A stretch of 64,000 nt of DNA from Candidatus Magasanikbacteria bacterium GW2011_GWC2_37_14 (GTDB lineage: Bacteria; Patescibacteriota; Patescibacteriia; Magasanikbacterales; UBA922). A program made the position numbers and the translations under genes. The notes below the pieces were generated by a model. That model worked only from the letters and a program-made list of their open reading frames with translations, ran no database searches and was not told where the DNA came from. The stretch covers positions 441 through 64,440 of the forward strand of contig LBSX01000007.1 of assembly GCA_000990355.1 (NCBI GenBank), read 5' to 3'. Below are positions 15,993 through 26,902 of the stretch, piece by piece (position 1 is the first letter of the stretch; every line of letters starts with the position of its first letter).

Positions 15993-18956
15993 TTAAAATT
16001 TGAGAGAATTCAATATCACTTCAAATTTATCACCCTTACCACGCACAAACAAAGTTCCGGTTCCTTTGCCAATCTCTACTCCTTCAAATTCCCCACCTAA
16101 CTCTTCGGGTAAAGCATCTTTATAACGCACAGCCTCTTTTCCACCAATTGTCGAAGTAGTTAAAGCTTCCACAGACATTTTTTCACTACTTCGCGAACCA
16201 TTGGTAGAAATAAAGAAATAAGCACCAGTTTTTTCATCTTTTAAAATTAAACTACTATCTGTGTGTTCAATACTCCAACCAACAGGATACTGTAAAGTAA
16301 AATTAGCAAAACTACTCTCTTTAAAAGTTAACAACTGATTACTTAACTGTTCATTAATTTTTTCCTTAATTCTCTCACGTACTTGGGCCGGCCCCATATT
16401 AAACACACCTTGTTCAATATTTTTATTTTCTTTATTTAATTTATCAAAATCATTTTTAGTACAACCTGCTCCTACCATAATTAAAGAAAAACCCAGCAAA
16501 CCAATTGCCATAACCAAACTCAAAAATCTAAAATTAGTTTTTTTACCAGTTCTGCCCAAAGTATGTTCTACTTTGTAAATTCTTTCACGTGTAGAAATTA
16601 CCGTATCAGGATTAAGCGAAATACTGTCAATTCCCTCACGTACCAACATTTCGGCAAATTCCGGGTAGTCACTAGGTGCTTGGCCACAAATGCCAATTTT
16701 TCTTTTATATTTATGGGCTATTTGAATAACCTGACGAATTAAAGTCGTTACCGCTTTATTTTTTTCACTATACACATGCGCTACCAAAGCCGAATCACGA
16801 TCCACCCCCAAAGTTAATTGCGTTAAATCATTAGAACCAATAGAAAAACCATCAAATATTTTGGCAAATTCTTCGGCCAAAATCACGTTCGACGGTATTT
16901 CGCACATTACATAAACCTGCAAACCATTTTCGCCTCTTTTTAAACCAAATTCTTCCATGGTTTTTATTACTTGTTCACCTTCTTCTGGTGTACGACAAAA
17001 TGGCACCATAATAATTACATTGGTCAACCCCCACTCATCACGAACTTTTTTCAAGGCTTCACATTCCAATTTAAATCCAGCTTTATATTCCTTGGAATAA
17101 TAACGAGAAGCCCCACGCCAACCAATCATGGGGTTTTCTTCTTTTGGTTCAAATTCACGGCCTCCAATTAACGTAGCATATTCATTAGTTTTAAAATCCG
17201 ACAAACGCACAATCACCTCATTTTTATAGGAAGCGACTGCAATTCGCGCAATTCCTTCGGCCAATTTGTCTACACAATAATCTGATTTTTTCTTATAACC
17301 GCGGGTCATTTCGGCAATTATTTTTTTCGCTTTTTTGTCTTTTAATTTGTCATAATTTATTAGTGCCAAAGGATGAATGCGAATAAAATTAGAAAAAATA
17401 AATTCTTCGCGGGCCAAACCAATACCATCGTTTGGTAAAAATGATAAAGCAAAGGCGTTATCTGGGTCGCCCACATTCATCATAATCTTGGTCTTGGTTT
17501 TAACCACGTCTTTTATTTCTGTTTTCTTAACTTCAAATGGTAAAATACCTGCGTAAACATAACCCTCATCACCTTCGGCGCAACTAACCGTAATTGGTTT
17601 ACCAGTTTTTAATATTTTTCTAGCTTCTCGTGCTCCCACAATACAAGGTACACCAAGTTCACGTGAAACAATTGCCGCGTGAGAAGTTTTACCACCCTGT
17701 TCAGTAATAATTGCCGAAGCAATCCGCATAATTGGCTCCCAATCAGGGTCGGTAATTCGCGTAACCAAAATTTCACCTTTTTTAAAGCTTTTCATTTGTT
17801 TGGGGTTTTCTATTACTCTAGCTTTACCAGCCCCAATTTTCTGACCTACTGCTGTACCGCGTAATAATAATTTCCCTTTTTCCTTAAGCTGATATTTTTC
17901 TATTACCGAGTGACTTGACCTGGCTTTTACTGTTTCTGGTCTCGCTTGTACAATATACAATTTACCAGTATTACCATCTTTGGCCCATTCAATATCCTGC
18001 GATTTTCCATAATGTTCCTCAATCATCACTCCCCATTTTGAAAGTTGTACTACCTCTTCGGGAGTAATAGCAAATTTATTTCTATCAATTTGTTTCACAT
18101 TTTCTTGTTTGGTGCCTTGTAATTTCCCGTAAACTAATTTTACTTCTTTACTACCTAAAATTTTACTAATAATCGCCTGTTTACCTTGCTTTACTCCTTC
18201 TTTAAAAACATAAAATTGGTCTGGTGTTACCCGGCCTTTAACCACATATTCTCCCAAACCATAAGCTGCATTAATTAAAACCACACCTTTAAAACCAGAC
18301 TCTGTGTCCAAGGTAAACATTACTCCACTAGAACCAACATCAGAACGCACCATTTCTTGTACAGTTACCGACAAAGCAATACTCATATGTTCAAAACCTT
18401 TGGTTTCACGATAAGAAATCGCCCGATCAGTAAAAAGTGAAGAAACACATTTTTTAACGGCCAAAAGTAGATCCTCTTCGCCTTTAACATTTAGATAGGT
18501 TTCTTGTTGACCAGCAAAACTAGCATCTGGTAAATCTTCGGCTGTGGCACTAGAACGTACTGCCACAGAAATATTTTTTGTTTTAGCCAAATCAGCTAAT
18601 TTTTTGTATTCAACAATAATTTCTTGTTCTAAACTTTTCGGAAAATCAGAATTTAAAATATAATTTCTAATACTCTTTCCTACTCTAGACAATTCCTTCA
18701 TATTGGAAATATCCAAACCTTTTAATTCTTTTTTCATCTTGTCTTCCAGTTTTGCATATTTTAAAAATTGCCAATAAGCCGCGGCCGTAATTGCAAAACC
18801 ATTTGGCACACTAATTCCTTTGGGAGTTAACTTGGAATACATTTCTCCCAAACTAGCATTTTTACCACCCACAAGCGGAATATCTTTAATAGATATTTCT
18901 TTAAACCAAAGAATATTTTTGCTTGTCTTGAGTTTATCGAAAGATTTTTCAGTCAT
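15993..18956 (-). CDS. ppsA: phosphoenolpyruvate synthase (~810 aa) continuing in-frame into a ~172-aa lipoprotein-like C-terminal module
   Basis: N-terminal VGGKNASLGEM, phosphohistidine domain GGKTSHAAIVSRELGVPCIVG and a PEP-utilising C-terminal domain. After ...KVEHTLGRTGKK the frame reads on through MAIGLLGFSLIMVGAGC (lipobox) to the stop. The two parts join at an A7 run at ~16530. Confidence 0.85.
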   Translation of the reverse strand: MTEKSFDKLKTSKNILWFKEISIKDIPLVGGKNASLGEMYSKLTPKGISVPNGFAITAAAYWQFLKYAKLEDKMKKELKGLDISNMKELSRVGKSIRNYILNSDFPKSLEQEIIVEYKKLADLAKTKNISVAVRSSATAEDLPDASFAGQQETYLNVKGEEDLLLAVKKCVSSLFTDRAISYRETKGFEHMSIALSVTVQEMVRSDVGSSGVMFTLDTESGFKGVVLINAAYGLGEYVVKGRVTPDQFYVFKEGVKQGKQAIISKILGSKEVKLVYGKLQGTKQENVKQIDRNKFAITPEEVVQLSKWGVMIEEHYGKSQDIEWAKDGNTGKLYIVQARPETVKARSSHSVIEKYQLKEKGKLLLRGTAVGQKIGAGKARVIENPKQMKSFKKGEILVTRITDPDWEPIMRIASAIITEQGGKTSHAAIVSRELGVPCIVGAREARKILKTGKPITVSCAEGDEGYVYAGILPFEVKKTEIKDVVKTKTKIMMNVGDPDNAFALSFLPNDGIGLAREEFIFSNFIRIHPLALINYDKLKDKKAKKIIAEMTRGYKKKSDYCVDKLAEGIARIAVASYKNEVIVRLSDFKTNEYATLIGGREFEPKEENPMIGWRGASRYYSKEYKAGFKLECEALKKVRDEWGLTNVIIMVPFCRTPEEGEQVIKTMEEFGLKRGENGLQVYVMCEIPSNVILAEEFAKIFDGFSIGSNDLTQLTLGVDRDSALVAHVYSEKNKAVTTLIRQVIQIAHKYKRKIGICGQAPSDYPEFAEMLVREGIDSISLNPDTVISTRERIYKVEHTLGRTGKKTNFRFLSLVMAIGLLGFSLIMVGAGCTKNDFDKLNKENKNIEQGVFNMGPAQVRERIKEKINEQLSNQLLTFKESSFANFTLQYPVGWSIEHTDSSLILKDEKTGAYFFISTNGSRSSEKMSVEALTTSTIGGKEAVRYKDALPEELGGEFEGVEIGKGTGTLFVRGKGDKFEVILNSLKF

Positions 18957-18959
18957 AAA

Positions 18960-18984
18960 TAAAGCACCTTATTCAGGTGCTTTA
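18960..18984 (-). terminator. hairpin aaagcaccttattcaggtgcttt after the FN3-protein gene
   Basis: Perfect 9-bp stem with flanking T/A runs. Confidence 0.6.
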
Positions 18985-19039
18985 TATTATAACATAATTT
19001 TAGACTGTACTCAATTTTCTGGGGATTAACAGTGAATAA

Positions 19040-21232
19040 TTAATTCAATTCTGCCCCGTCAGTATACCCCTCACTCTCCAACACAGTCACTATTCTATCC
19101 AATCTAAAGTTAAGAGAATTGAAGACTGTTTCGTTTGGTATCCAACGTTTAACTTGTTTGGTAGCGTCAGTTGGGTTTGGCTCTAGACGGTAAACCTTAG
19201 AATTATTGGCGTACTTAATTAGGGTGTAATTAGGGTGGACAGTGGTGTTGGTTATTTCACTACCAGTGGTGTATTTGTTAAGTAAGTCTGAATCAATGTC
19301 TTCGATCCAGTTCCAAGAGTATTTAAGCGTGTTAAAGACTGCTTCGGAAGTAATCCAATATTTTTCTGTACCTAGAAGTAGGTAAACCTTTGGATCAGTG
19401 ACAATCTTTACTAGAGCACCATATTTAGGATCATACTTAGGGCCCCAGGGCATAAAGCCAAGGGTGTCGTTGGGGATAGTGTCTAGAATAGTCTTGGTGG
19501 TTGTCTTCACATCATTCCATGATGTGAAGTAGGTAAAGAAGACATTAGACTTGTTAAAGGCTCGTTTGGTGCATTCTGGAGTAATGTAGTAAACAGCAGG
19601 AGAGGTGGCCAGTTTGTAAGCAGATTTGGTAGTAAGAGCACAAGTGGTTGGTGGAGTAACTACTACTACAGGAGGAGTGGTAGTAACGACAACTGGGGTT
19701 TCGACGACAGTGGCCGAAAGATAATCAATACTATCGGAAACAACTGAACTAACATTAAAGCTAGAATCTCTAAATTTAACATAGACAGTCTTGGTACCAG
19801 CGCCAGTGGTTAAGAGCCAGATTTTACTAGAGTTGTAGGCTTCCCAAGTAGCGCCCGTAAAGTCTGAAGTATTGCTTAAGATCATTTGGCTAGCTCCCGA
19901 AGCAAGAAGGGTTAGCGTAACTTGGTTGGATTGTGCAGTAACAGCGTTTTCATTAATCTTGATTGAGATGTTGGTTGGAGGAGTGGTGTCGGAGGAACCG
20001 CCGCCATTTGGACTTGAATTGGTAAGGGCTGTAGCTGTAGAAGAATATGGGGAATAGGTTACGCCATCGTTCTTGTAAAGAGCAGCGACTTTAAAAGTGT
20101 AACTAGTACCAGGAGAAAGGGCAGTTACATCATAACTAAGATCAGTAGTAGTACCGATTAAAGTACCATTACTGTAAGCTACTTTGTAAGTAGTGTTAGC
20201 AGAGTTACCATTAGTAGCCCAAGCAACTTGAATGCTTGTTTTACCAAGAGTGGTAGCAGAAACTGTAGTTGGAGCAATGGCAATCGTACCAGCAGTAGCG
20301 GAACTAGCGGTAGAAGTGGCAGTAGAAATGTCATCGCCATTTTGTGCTAGAACTACAAATTGATAAAGAGTGTTAGTGGCTAAGTTAATCGCTGGGAAAT
20401 TAGCACCCCAAGTAGTGGTGGATTGCCAGATTGGTGTGCCAGCATTGGAAGCGCCAAGAGCGCTTAAGAAATACCCCGAAGTAGAATTGTAAATGGCATA
20501 TTCTGTGCCAACTGGGTTGGTGCCTACATCAATGGTAATGGGCATGGTAGAGGTGGTGGGTGTGCCAATGGTAGGGATACCTGGTGTAGTTGCGAGGGTA
20601 TACAAAGTAGCAGCAGAACTAGAAGCAGTCAAAACATCACTTGTATTTTTAGCTACCACAACAAAAGAATATTGGGTGTGTGTAGAGGTAGCCCATTCTA
20701 CAGCACCAAGAGATCCATCTAGATTAAGGTATAGATCACTACCGGTTTCGTAAACAGCAAAGTTAGTATCTGTAGGATTAGTATCGGCATTTACTGTTAC
20801 ATCCAAAGTGGTAATGGCTGGGTTATCTACTGTAGGAGCAACTGGTGTAGTTGCGAGGGTATACGAAGAAGTTGCTGGATCACCACCACCACCTTCGGCA
20901 GTTACTACTAAAAAGTATTCTGTATTGGTGGCTAAATCAGTAACAATGTAAGATAAAAAATCAGGAGAAGTAGTAGCTGCAGTTGTTTCCAAATTATAAT
21001 CTATGCCATCTAAAGAAGCCCATACACTATATGTAGCTTCAACACCACCACCAGCCACCCAGTGTAAAGTCATGGCTTCAGTGGAGGTAGCATCTACGTA
21101 TAGACCAGTGGGGGCGACGTTGGCAGCCAAGGCATTTGGTACTCCAACTAAAAATAAAAACAAAAATAATCCCACTACCATTCCCCAACTAAGGAAAGAT
21201 TTTGTGAGATTACCCAAACTACTCTTCAGCAT
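19040..21232 (-). CDS. secreted surface protein with tandem fibronectin-III-like repeats and a C-terminal beta-rich domain
   Basis: Signal peptide/TM (LFLFLFLVGVPNALA). Repeated ~95-aa Thr/Ser-rich modules (..YTLATTP..). Confidence 0.75.
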   Translation of the reverse strand: MLKSSLGNLTKSFLSWGMVVGLFLFLFLVGVPNALAANVAPTGLYVDATSTEAMTLHWVAGGGVEATYSVWASLDGIDYNLETTAATTSPDFLSYIVTDLATNTEYFLVVTAEGGGGDPATSSYTLATTPVAPTVDNPAITTLDVTVNADTNPTDTNFAVYETGSDLYLNLDGSLGAVEWATSTHTQYSFVVVAKNTSDVLTASSSAATLYTLATTPGIPTIGTPTTSTMPITIDVGTNPVGTEYAIYNSTSGYFLSALGASNAGTPIWQSTTTWGANFPAINLATNTLYQFVVLAQNGDDISTATSTASSATAGTIAIAPTTVSATTLGKTSIQVAWATNGNSANTTYKVAYSNGTLIGTTTDLSYDVTALSPGTSYTFKVAALYKNDGVTYSPYSSTATALTNSSPNGGGSSDTTPPTNISIKINENAVTAQSNQVTLTLLASGASQMILSNTSDFTGATWEAYNSSKIWLLTTGAGTKTVYVKFRDSSFNVSSVVSDSIDYLSATVVETPVVVTTTPPVVVVTPPTTCALTTKSAYKLATSPAVYYITPECTKRAFNKSNVFFTYFTSWNDVKTTTKTILDTIPNDTLGFMPWGPKYDPKYGALVKIVTDPKVYLLLGTEKYWITSEAVFNTLKYSWNWIEDIDSDLLNKYTTGSEITNTTVHPNYTLIKYANNSKVYRLEPNPTDATKQVKRWIPNETVFNSLNFRLDRIVTVLESEGYTDGAELN

Positions 21233-21352
21233 ATTTTTTATATATATGTAAAATTTTCATTTAAATGATTAAATGAAAACTAATATAATTATTAATTCAA
21301 AACTATTATACCAAAAATACTCTGTTAATAACACTATACTGTGGATAACTGT

Positions 21353-22792
21353 TTATTTTACCTCTCTAACTTCCAATAAATTTACATGCCCAGCTTGACC
21401 CACTGGTTCTCCAGAAACTACAATTACCTTATCACCTTTTTTAACTAATTTTAATTTTTTTACAAACAACATTGAGCGTTGGACTAATTCTTCTATTGTA
21501 TAACAGGGATTTAACACGAACGGCTCTACACCCCAAGACAAATTAAGTTGATTACGTACTCTTTCGGTACTAGTGGCCACCACAATTGGTAATTCTGGAC
21601 GATGACGAGAAATAAGTCGGGCAGTTTCTCCGGTAATTGAAGCGGCTAAAATTATTTTAGCACCAACTTTTTGGGCTAGCATTTTTGACATTTCACTTAC
21701 TACCTCATCTATTCTTTTTTGTTTTTTAACATATTTACTATTTTCTAAATCATCATAAACCGAATTTTCAGTTTCCATAATAATACTCGCCATCATCTGC
21801 ACAGTTTCGACTGGAAAACGTCCTACCGATGTTTCATTAGAAAGCATTACCGCGTCAGTATGTTCAATTACTGCGTTGGCCACGTCGCTCACTTCGGCTC
21901 GTGTCGGCCGAGGATTATTTTGCATAGAATCCAACATTTGAGTAGCCACAATTACTGGTTTGGCCATAAGCAAACACTCATCAATTAATTGTTTTTGCAC
22001 CAAAGGTACTTTTTCTGGAGGAATTTCTACGCCCAAATCCCCTCTAGCAATCATAATCCCATCTACTACTTCCAAAATTTCTTTAATATTTTTTACTGCT
22101 TGTTGTCTTTCAATTTTTGCAATAATTCTAATTGGTTGAATTGATTTTATTTTAAATTTCTTTTCATACTCTTCAATCAAAAAACGTAAATCCAAAATAT
22201 CTTGGGCACTATTTACAAAAGACAAATCTACAATATCCACTTTATTTTTTACGCCAAATTTTAAATCTTCTTTATCTTTGTCCGACAAAGCACTAATTCC
22301 CAATTTACTATCTGGTAAATTTATACCTTTGTTTGATTGCAACACTCCGCCATTTATTACCTCGGCTATAATACGTGTGTCAACCACTGACTTAATTACC
22401 GCGCCCATTCGCCCATCATCAAAAAACATTCTTTCACCTTTTTTTAAATATTTGTGTAAATCAGAAAAACGAATAGGAATAATTGCACCCGACATTTTGG
22501 TCAAAGAAGTGTCAAATTTAATTTCTGTTTTGTCTTTTAATTTTATTCCTTCTTTGGGTAATTCTCCTACTCTAATTTTTGGTCCTTCCAAATCTTGAAT
22601 AATAGTAATAGTTTTACCAGTTTTTTTACTAACAATTTTTAAATTTTTAATAATTTGCAAATGACTTTCATGAGTACCATGTGCAAAATTAAGCCGAGCA
22701 CAATTCATGCCGGCCAAAACCATTTTTTCTAAAGTAGCCAACGACGAAGAAGCTGGCCCCAAAGTACAAACTATTTTTGTTCGTTTACGCAT
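21353..22792 (-). CDS. pyk: pyruvate kinase
   Basis: It starts MRKRTKIVCTLGPAS and contains the catalytic motif MIARGDLGVEIP. The tracked ORF has a 32-codon spurious 5' extension. Confidence 0.9.
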   Translation of the reverse strand: MRKRTKIVCTLGPASSSLATLEKMVLAGMNCARLNFAHGTHESHLQIIKNLKIVSKKTGKTITIIQDLEGPKIRVGELPKEGIKLKDKTEIKFDTSLTKMSGAIIPIRFSDLHKYLKKGERMFFDDGRMGAVIKSVVDTRIIAEVINGGVLQSNKGINLPDSKLGISALSDKDKEDLKFGVKNKVDIVDLSFVNSAQDILDLRFLIEEYEKKFKIKSIQPIRIIAKIERQQAVKNIKEILEVVDGIMIARGDLGVEIPPEKVPLVQKQLIDECLLMAKPVIVATQMLDSMQNNPRPTRAEVSDVANAVIEHTDAVMLSNETSVGRFPVETVQMMASIIMETENSVYDDLENSKYVKKQKRIDEVVSEMSKMLAQKVGAKIILAASITGETARLISRHRPELPIVVATSTERVRNQLNLSWGVEPFVLNPCYTIEELVQRSMLFVKKLKLVKKGDKVIVVSGEPVGQAGHVNLLEVREVK

Positions 22793-22835
22793 AATAAAAA
22801 CAGTATACCATTTTTTTGGGAATAAAAAAAGAAAA

Positions 22836-24614
22836 TTACTCAATAAAACCACCGGCCTGTAAATTCCAAAGTCTACTATACAAACCATTTTTCTTTTTCA
22901 ATAATTTTTCATGCGTCCCCTCTTCTTGCAACTTACCATTTTCAATTACCAAAATCCGATCCATTTTCATAATTGTAGACAAACGATGAGCAATTACAAT
23001 TACCGTTTTACCTTTCATCAAATTATTCAATGCCGCTTGAATCAATGATTCTGATTCAGAATCCAAACTAGAAGTAGCTTCATCCAAAATTAAAATCGGC
23101 GCATTATGCAAAATTGCGCGGGCAATTGCCACACGTTGTCGTTCGCCACCAGATAATTTTATACCTCGTTCACCTACAAAAGTATTATAGCCCTCGGATA
23201 ATTCGCTAATAAAATCATGACAATAAGCCAACTTGGCTGCTTCTTCTACATCGGCGTCAGTTGCATCGGGCTTACCATAACGAATATTCTCTCGTAAAGT
23301 TCGATGAAACAAAACTGGATCTTGTGGCACCAAACTCGTTGCTTGCCACAAACTTTCCAAAGTAACTTTGGCAATATTTTGGTCATTAATCAAAATTTTT
23401 CCACCACTTAAATCATATAAACGTTGTATCAAACGCACAATTGTGGATTTACCAGCCCCAGAAGGACCCACCAAAGCTACTTTTTCCTGTGGTTTAATAA
23501 TTAAATTAAAATGCGACAAAATTGTTCGTGTCTCATTATAATCAAAAGTAACATTTTTAAATTCTATTTCACCTTTATTCACAATTAAATCTTTAGCATT
23601 ACGAATATCTTTTATATCATGTTCTTTTTCCAACATTTCTGTCATTTCGGCAGCATCGGCCAAATCTTCAAATATATGTTGGAGTAATCGACCAAAATCC
23701 CACAATCTCATAAAGAGTGATATTACATAAGATTGAACCAAAACAAAATCACCCACAGTAAATAAACCAACTCGCCATAATTGTACACCAAAATAAAGCA
23801 AGCCTAATTCCAAAGTAATAGCCAATAAACCCTGTACTGCTTCAAAAACATTGGAAAGATTCCAAGTAAACAAACGGATATTCCCTAAGCTATCTACTAC
23901 TTTAGAAAAATCACCCAATTCTTGTTTATAGCCATTAAACAATTTTATATTAGTATGATTAGTAAAAGTATCAGCCAATACTCCACTAACTTTTGAATCC
24001 AAATCACTGCGTTTAATATCATGTGGCAACTTAAATCTTACAAACAACCAATTTACTCCCATAAAAACTATTACCCACACCAACATCCCCACGCCCAATT
24101 GCCAATGATTTCTAGTAATAATTACAATAATCAAAATCACCTGTACTATTAGCGGTATAATATTAAAAATGGTTTTGTCAGCAATACTTTCAAATGACCT
24201 AGTAAATCTATTTACACGTTTAACAAGCGAACCAACAAAATTATTATGAAAAAAAGCAATTGAATGTTTATGCAAGTAACTAAAACAAGTACGTGACAAA
24301 TCAGCCATAATTTTTGCCTGAAAATAAGAGGCAAAAAAAGTGTTCAAACGAAATAAAATCCAAGCAACAAATTCCAACAAAGCCACTACTAACAATATTT
24401 TAATTAAAAGTGGCGCAATTACCGCTGTTGGACCAGGATTGGTTAATAAATCAAAAAACTTTTTATAATACAAAGGAACATAGGTATTAACACACCACAC
24501 AAAAATTGTCGCCAACAACATTATCCACCCACTCTTGGGGTAGACTTTTAAATGTTGCCAATAGTATCTCAATGTTGCTTTTACATTACTTTGCATATAA
24601 CATTTTTGCCACAT
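22836..24614 (-). CDS. ABC transporter, fused permease/ATP-binding exporter (MsbA-like)
   Basis: Six N-terminal TM segments, Walker A GPSGAGKST, signature LSGGERQRVAIARA and Walker B ILILDEATS. Confidence 0.85.
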   Translation of the reverse strand: MWQKCYMQSNVKATLRYYWQHLKVYPKSGWIMLLATIFVWCVNTYVPLYYKKFFDLLTNPGPTAVIAPLLIKILLVVALLEFVAWILFRLNTFFASYFQAKIMADLSRTCFSYLHKHSIAFFHNNFVGSLVKRVNRFTRSFESIADKTIFNIIPLIVQVILIIVIITRNHWQLGVGMLVWVIVFMGVNWLFVRFKLPHDIKRSDLDSKVSGVLADTFTNHTNIKLFNGYKQELGDFSKVVDSLGNIRLFTWNLSNVFEAVQGLLAITLELGLLYFGVQLWRVGLFTVGDFVLVQSYVISLFMRLWDFGRLLQHIFEDLADAAEMTEMLEKEHDIKDIRNAKDLIVNKGEIEFKNVTFDYNETRTILSHFNLIIKPQEKVALVGPSGAGKSTIVRLIQRLYDLSGGKILINDQNIAKVTLESLWQATSLVPQDPVLFHRTLRENIRYGKPDATDADVEEAAKLAYCHDFISELSEGYNTFVGERGIKLSGGERQRVAIARAILHNAPILILDEATSSLDSESESLIQAALNNLMKGKTVIVIAHRLSTIMKMDRILVIENGKLQEEGTHEKLLKKKNGLYSRLWNLQAGGFIE

Positions 24615-24930
24615 CTTCCAAATTTATCGCACTATTTACTGAATTACTAGCAGTAATTCCATTTAATAAACCACTATATTGCTTGGTAAATTGTTCCAAT
24701 AAAGTTGGTAAATAAATAAAACCCAAAATCGTTGGTACCGCAATCAAAACAATCCAAATATACTTAGTTATAACCATTAAAGTTAAGCGATTCTTAATTT
24801 TTTTATTTTGTTCATAAATAAGCTGAGACCATTGTAAATTTTTTACAAGCATTTCTTCAATACTTAATTTTTTTTCTTCTTGTAGAGACATAATATTTTG
24901 TGTCTCTATCTTATTTTTTTCTTCTACCAT
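24586..24930 (-). CDS. hypothetical small membrane protein
   Basis: 114 aa with a central TM region. It overlaps the start of the ABC exporter gene. Confidence 0.45.
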   Translation of the reverse strand: MVEEKNKIETQNIMSLQEEKKLSIEEMLVKNLQWSQLIYEQNKKIKNRLTLMVITKYIWIVLIAVPTILGFIYLPTLLEQFTKQYSGLLNGITASNSVNSAINLEDVAKMLYAK

Positions 24931-24937
24931 ATTATTT

Positions 24938-25405
24938 TTATTTATTTTTTAATTTCTTACCACCTAATTCTTTAATCACCATTTCAAACTTACCTACATC
25001 TTCAAAAGCCCGGTAAATTGACGCAAAGCGCACATAAGCAATCTTATCAAACTTCTCCAAATGACGCATTACCAACTCGCCTATTTCTTTACTAGTCACT
25101 TCCCTTTTCTTTTTCTTTTGTATATCTCTTTCAATTGCCTGAATCAATCTATTAAAAGCCTCTTGCGTATATGGACGTTTGGTAAGAGAACGGACAACTC
25201 CGCTTTCCATTTTACTCCGAGAATAACCTTCGCGTCGGCCATCTTGTTTTACCACCACAATATCCAATAATTCCGCTTCTTCTATTGTAGAAAAACGGTA
25301 AGCGCATTTTTCACATTCACGCCGGCGACGAATTGCCAAACCATCTTGGGTAACGCGAGAATCTACTACTTTGGTTTCTTTGTAGCGACAAACAGGACAA
25401 AACAT
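24938..25405 (-). CDS. nrdR: transcriptional repressor NrdR
   Basis: Zinc ribbon MFCPVCRYKETKVVDSR...CEKCAYRF followed by an ATP-cone. Confidence 0.9.
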   Translation of the reverse strand: MFCPVCRYKETKVVDSRVTQDGLAIRRRRECEKCAYRFSTIEEAELLDIVVVKQDGRREGYSRSKMESGVVRSLTKRPYTQEAFNRLIQAIERDIQKKKKREVTSKEIGELVMRHLEKFDKIAYVRFASIYRAFEDVGKFEMVIKELGGKKLKNK

Positions 25406-25472
25406 ATATCATGAAAACATTAAAACAAATAACATAAAAACATATTTATATTTTATCATTCTTAACAGTTAA

Positions 25473-25500
25473 AGTAAAATCTCCCTTACTCGGGGAGATT
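25473..25500 (-). terminator. hairpin aaaatctcccttactcggggagatttt after ftsZ
   Basis: Perfect stem with flanking A/T runs; bidirectional. Confidence 0.6.
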
Positions 25501-25543
25501 TTAAATATGTTTTAATGCTTTAATGCTATTTTGCTTTCATGTT

Positions 25544-26863
25544 TTACATGCCCATCTTTCTTCTTATAAAAGCTGGAATTTCCAAATCATTATCATCATC
25601 ACTATTTTTTGATTTTACAGGTACCACAGGAGTTACCGGGAAAATAGTGCGAGGAGAAGATTTTTTAACCGTGTCTTCGACTCCTTCAAACACTGGCTTA
25701 CTTACAAACATTGTTCTTTTTGCTGGAACATCTTCTTCTTTTTCTTTTACTTCTTCTCTTCTCACTTCTTTTATTTCTTCTTTTTCTTTATCTTTTTTGT
25801 TTAATGAACTAGTAGAATAAAAATTTCTAGCACCAGCAAAAAAACTTCTGGTATCGTCTTCTCTAAAATTTGACACAATTTTACTAACACGATCTTCAAA
25901 ACCAGTAGCCACTACGGTTATTCTTACATCATCTTTCATTTCTTCGTCTATTACTGCTCCAAAAATAACCTTGGCATTTTCATCGGCAGAAGCAGTAATT
26001 ATTTTGGCTGCTTCAGCTACTTCGTGCATTCCCAAATTAGCACCACCGGTAATTGTAAACAAAATTCCTCTAGCACCATCTATAGAAACATCCAAGAGTG
26101 GGCTAGAAATAGCTGCTTGAGCTGCGTCTACTGCTCTATTTTCACCACTGCCTGTACCAATTCCCATTAAGGCCGAGCCTGTATCTCGCATAATTGCTTT
26201 TACATCGGCAAAATCCACATTAATTAATCCTGGCACAGTAATTAATTCCGAAATACCTTGTACTCCTTGACGTAAAACGTCATCAACAATTTTAAAAGCT
26301 TCTACCAATGAAGTTTTTTTATCAATAATTTGTAATACTCGATCATTGGGAATTGTAATAATTGTATCAATATTTCTAGATAATTCTTCATGAGCTTTTT
26401 CGGCGATAGCTTTTCTTTGTTGTCCTTCAAAAGTAAATGGTTTTGAAACTACCGCAATAGTTAAGATGCCTAATTCTTTGGCAATTGCTGCCACTACAGG
26501 ACTAGCACCACTTCCAGTACCACCACCCAAACCACATGTTAAAAAAACCATGTCTGCGTCTTTAAGAATTTCTCGAATTTCATTTTGTGACTCTTCTGCA
26601 CTTTTGCGACCTAAATCAGGGTCCATTCCTGCACCCAAACCACGAGTTACACCCTTTCCTATGTGTAATTTATGAGGCGCACTGTTGTAATGAAGTGCTT
26701 GGACATCGGTATTCATGGCAGTAAAATCTACTCCTCTAATTCCTGCCTTTACCATTCTATCAATGGCCGACCCACCAGACCCACCAATACCAATAACTTT
26801 AATTTTTGCGAATGTTTCAATTTCTGGTTTTACTTGTGGCATATGAACAATTTTTGTACTCAA
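25544..26863 (-). CDS. ftsZ: cell division protein FtsZ
   Basis: Tubulin signature GGGTGSGASPVVA and a C-terminal acidic/Lys-rich tail. Confidence 0.95.
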   Translation of the reverse strand: MSTKIVHMPQVKPEIETFAKIKVIGIGGSGGSAIDRMVKAGIRGVDFTAMNTDVQALHYNSAPHKLHIGKGVTRGLGAGMDPDLGRKSAEESQNEIREILKDADMVFLTCGLGGGTGSGASPVVAAIAKELGILTIAVVSKPFTFEGQQRKAIAEKAHEELSRNIDTIITIPNDRVLQIIDKKTSLVEAFKIVDDVLRQGVQGISELITVPGLINVDFADVKAIMRDTGSALMGIGTGSGENRAVDAAQAAISSPLLDVSIDGARGILFTITGGANLGMHEVAEAAKIITASADENAKVIFGAVIDEEMKDDVRITVVATGFEDRVSKIVSNFREDDTRSFFAGARNFYSTSSLNKKDKEKEEIKEVRREEVKEKEEDVPAKRTMFVSKPVFEGVEDTVKKSSPRTIFPVTPVVPVKSKNSDDDNDLEIPAFIRRKMGM

Positions 26864-26879
26864 TTAACCTTAAATAAAA

Positions 26880-26902
26880 TAAGCGGAGTCTTACTCCGCT
26901 TA
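26880..26902 (-). terminator. hairpin aagcggagtcttactccgctt after ftsA
   Basis: Perfect 8-bp stem followed by a T-rich tract on the minus strand. Confidence 0.55.
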
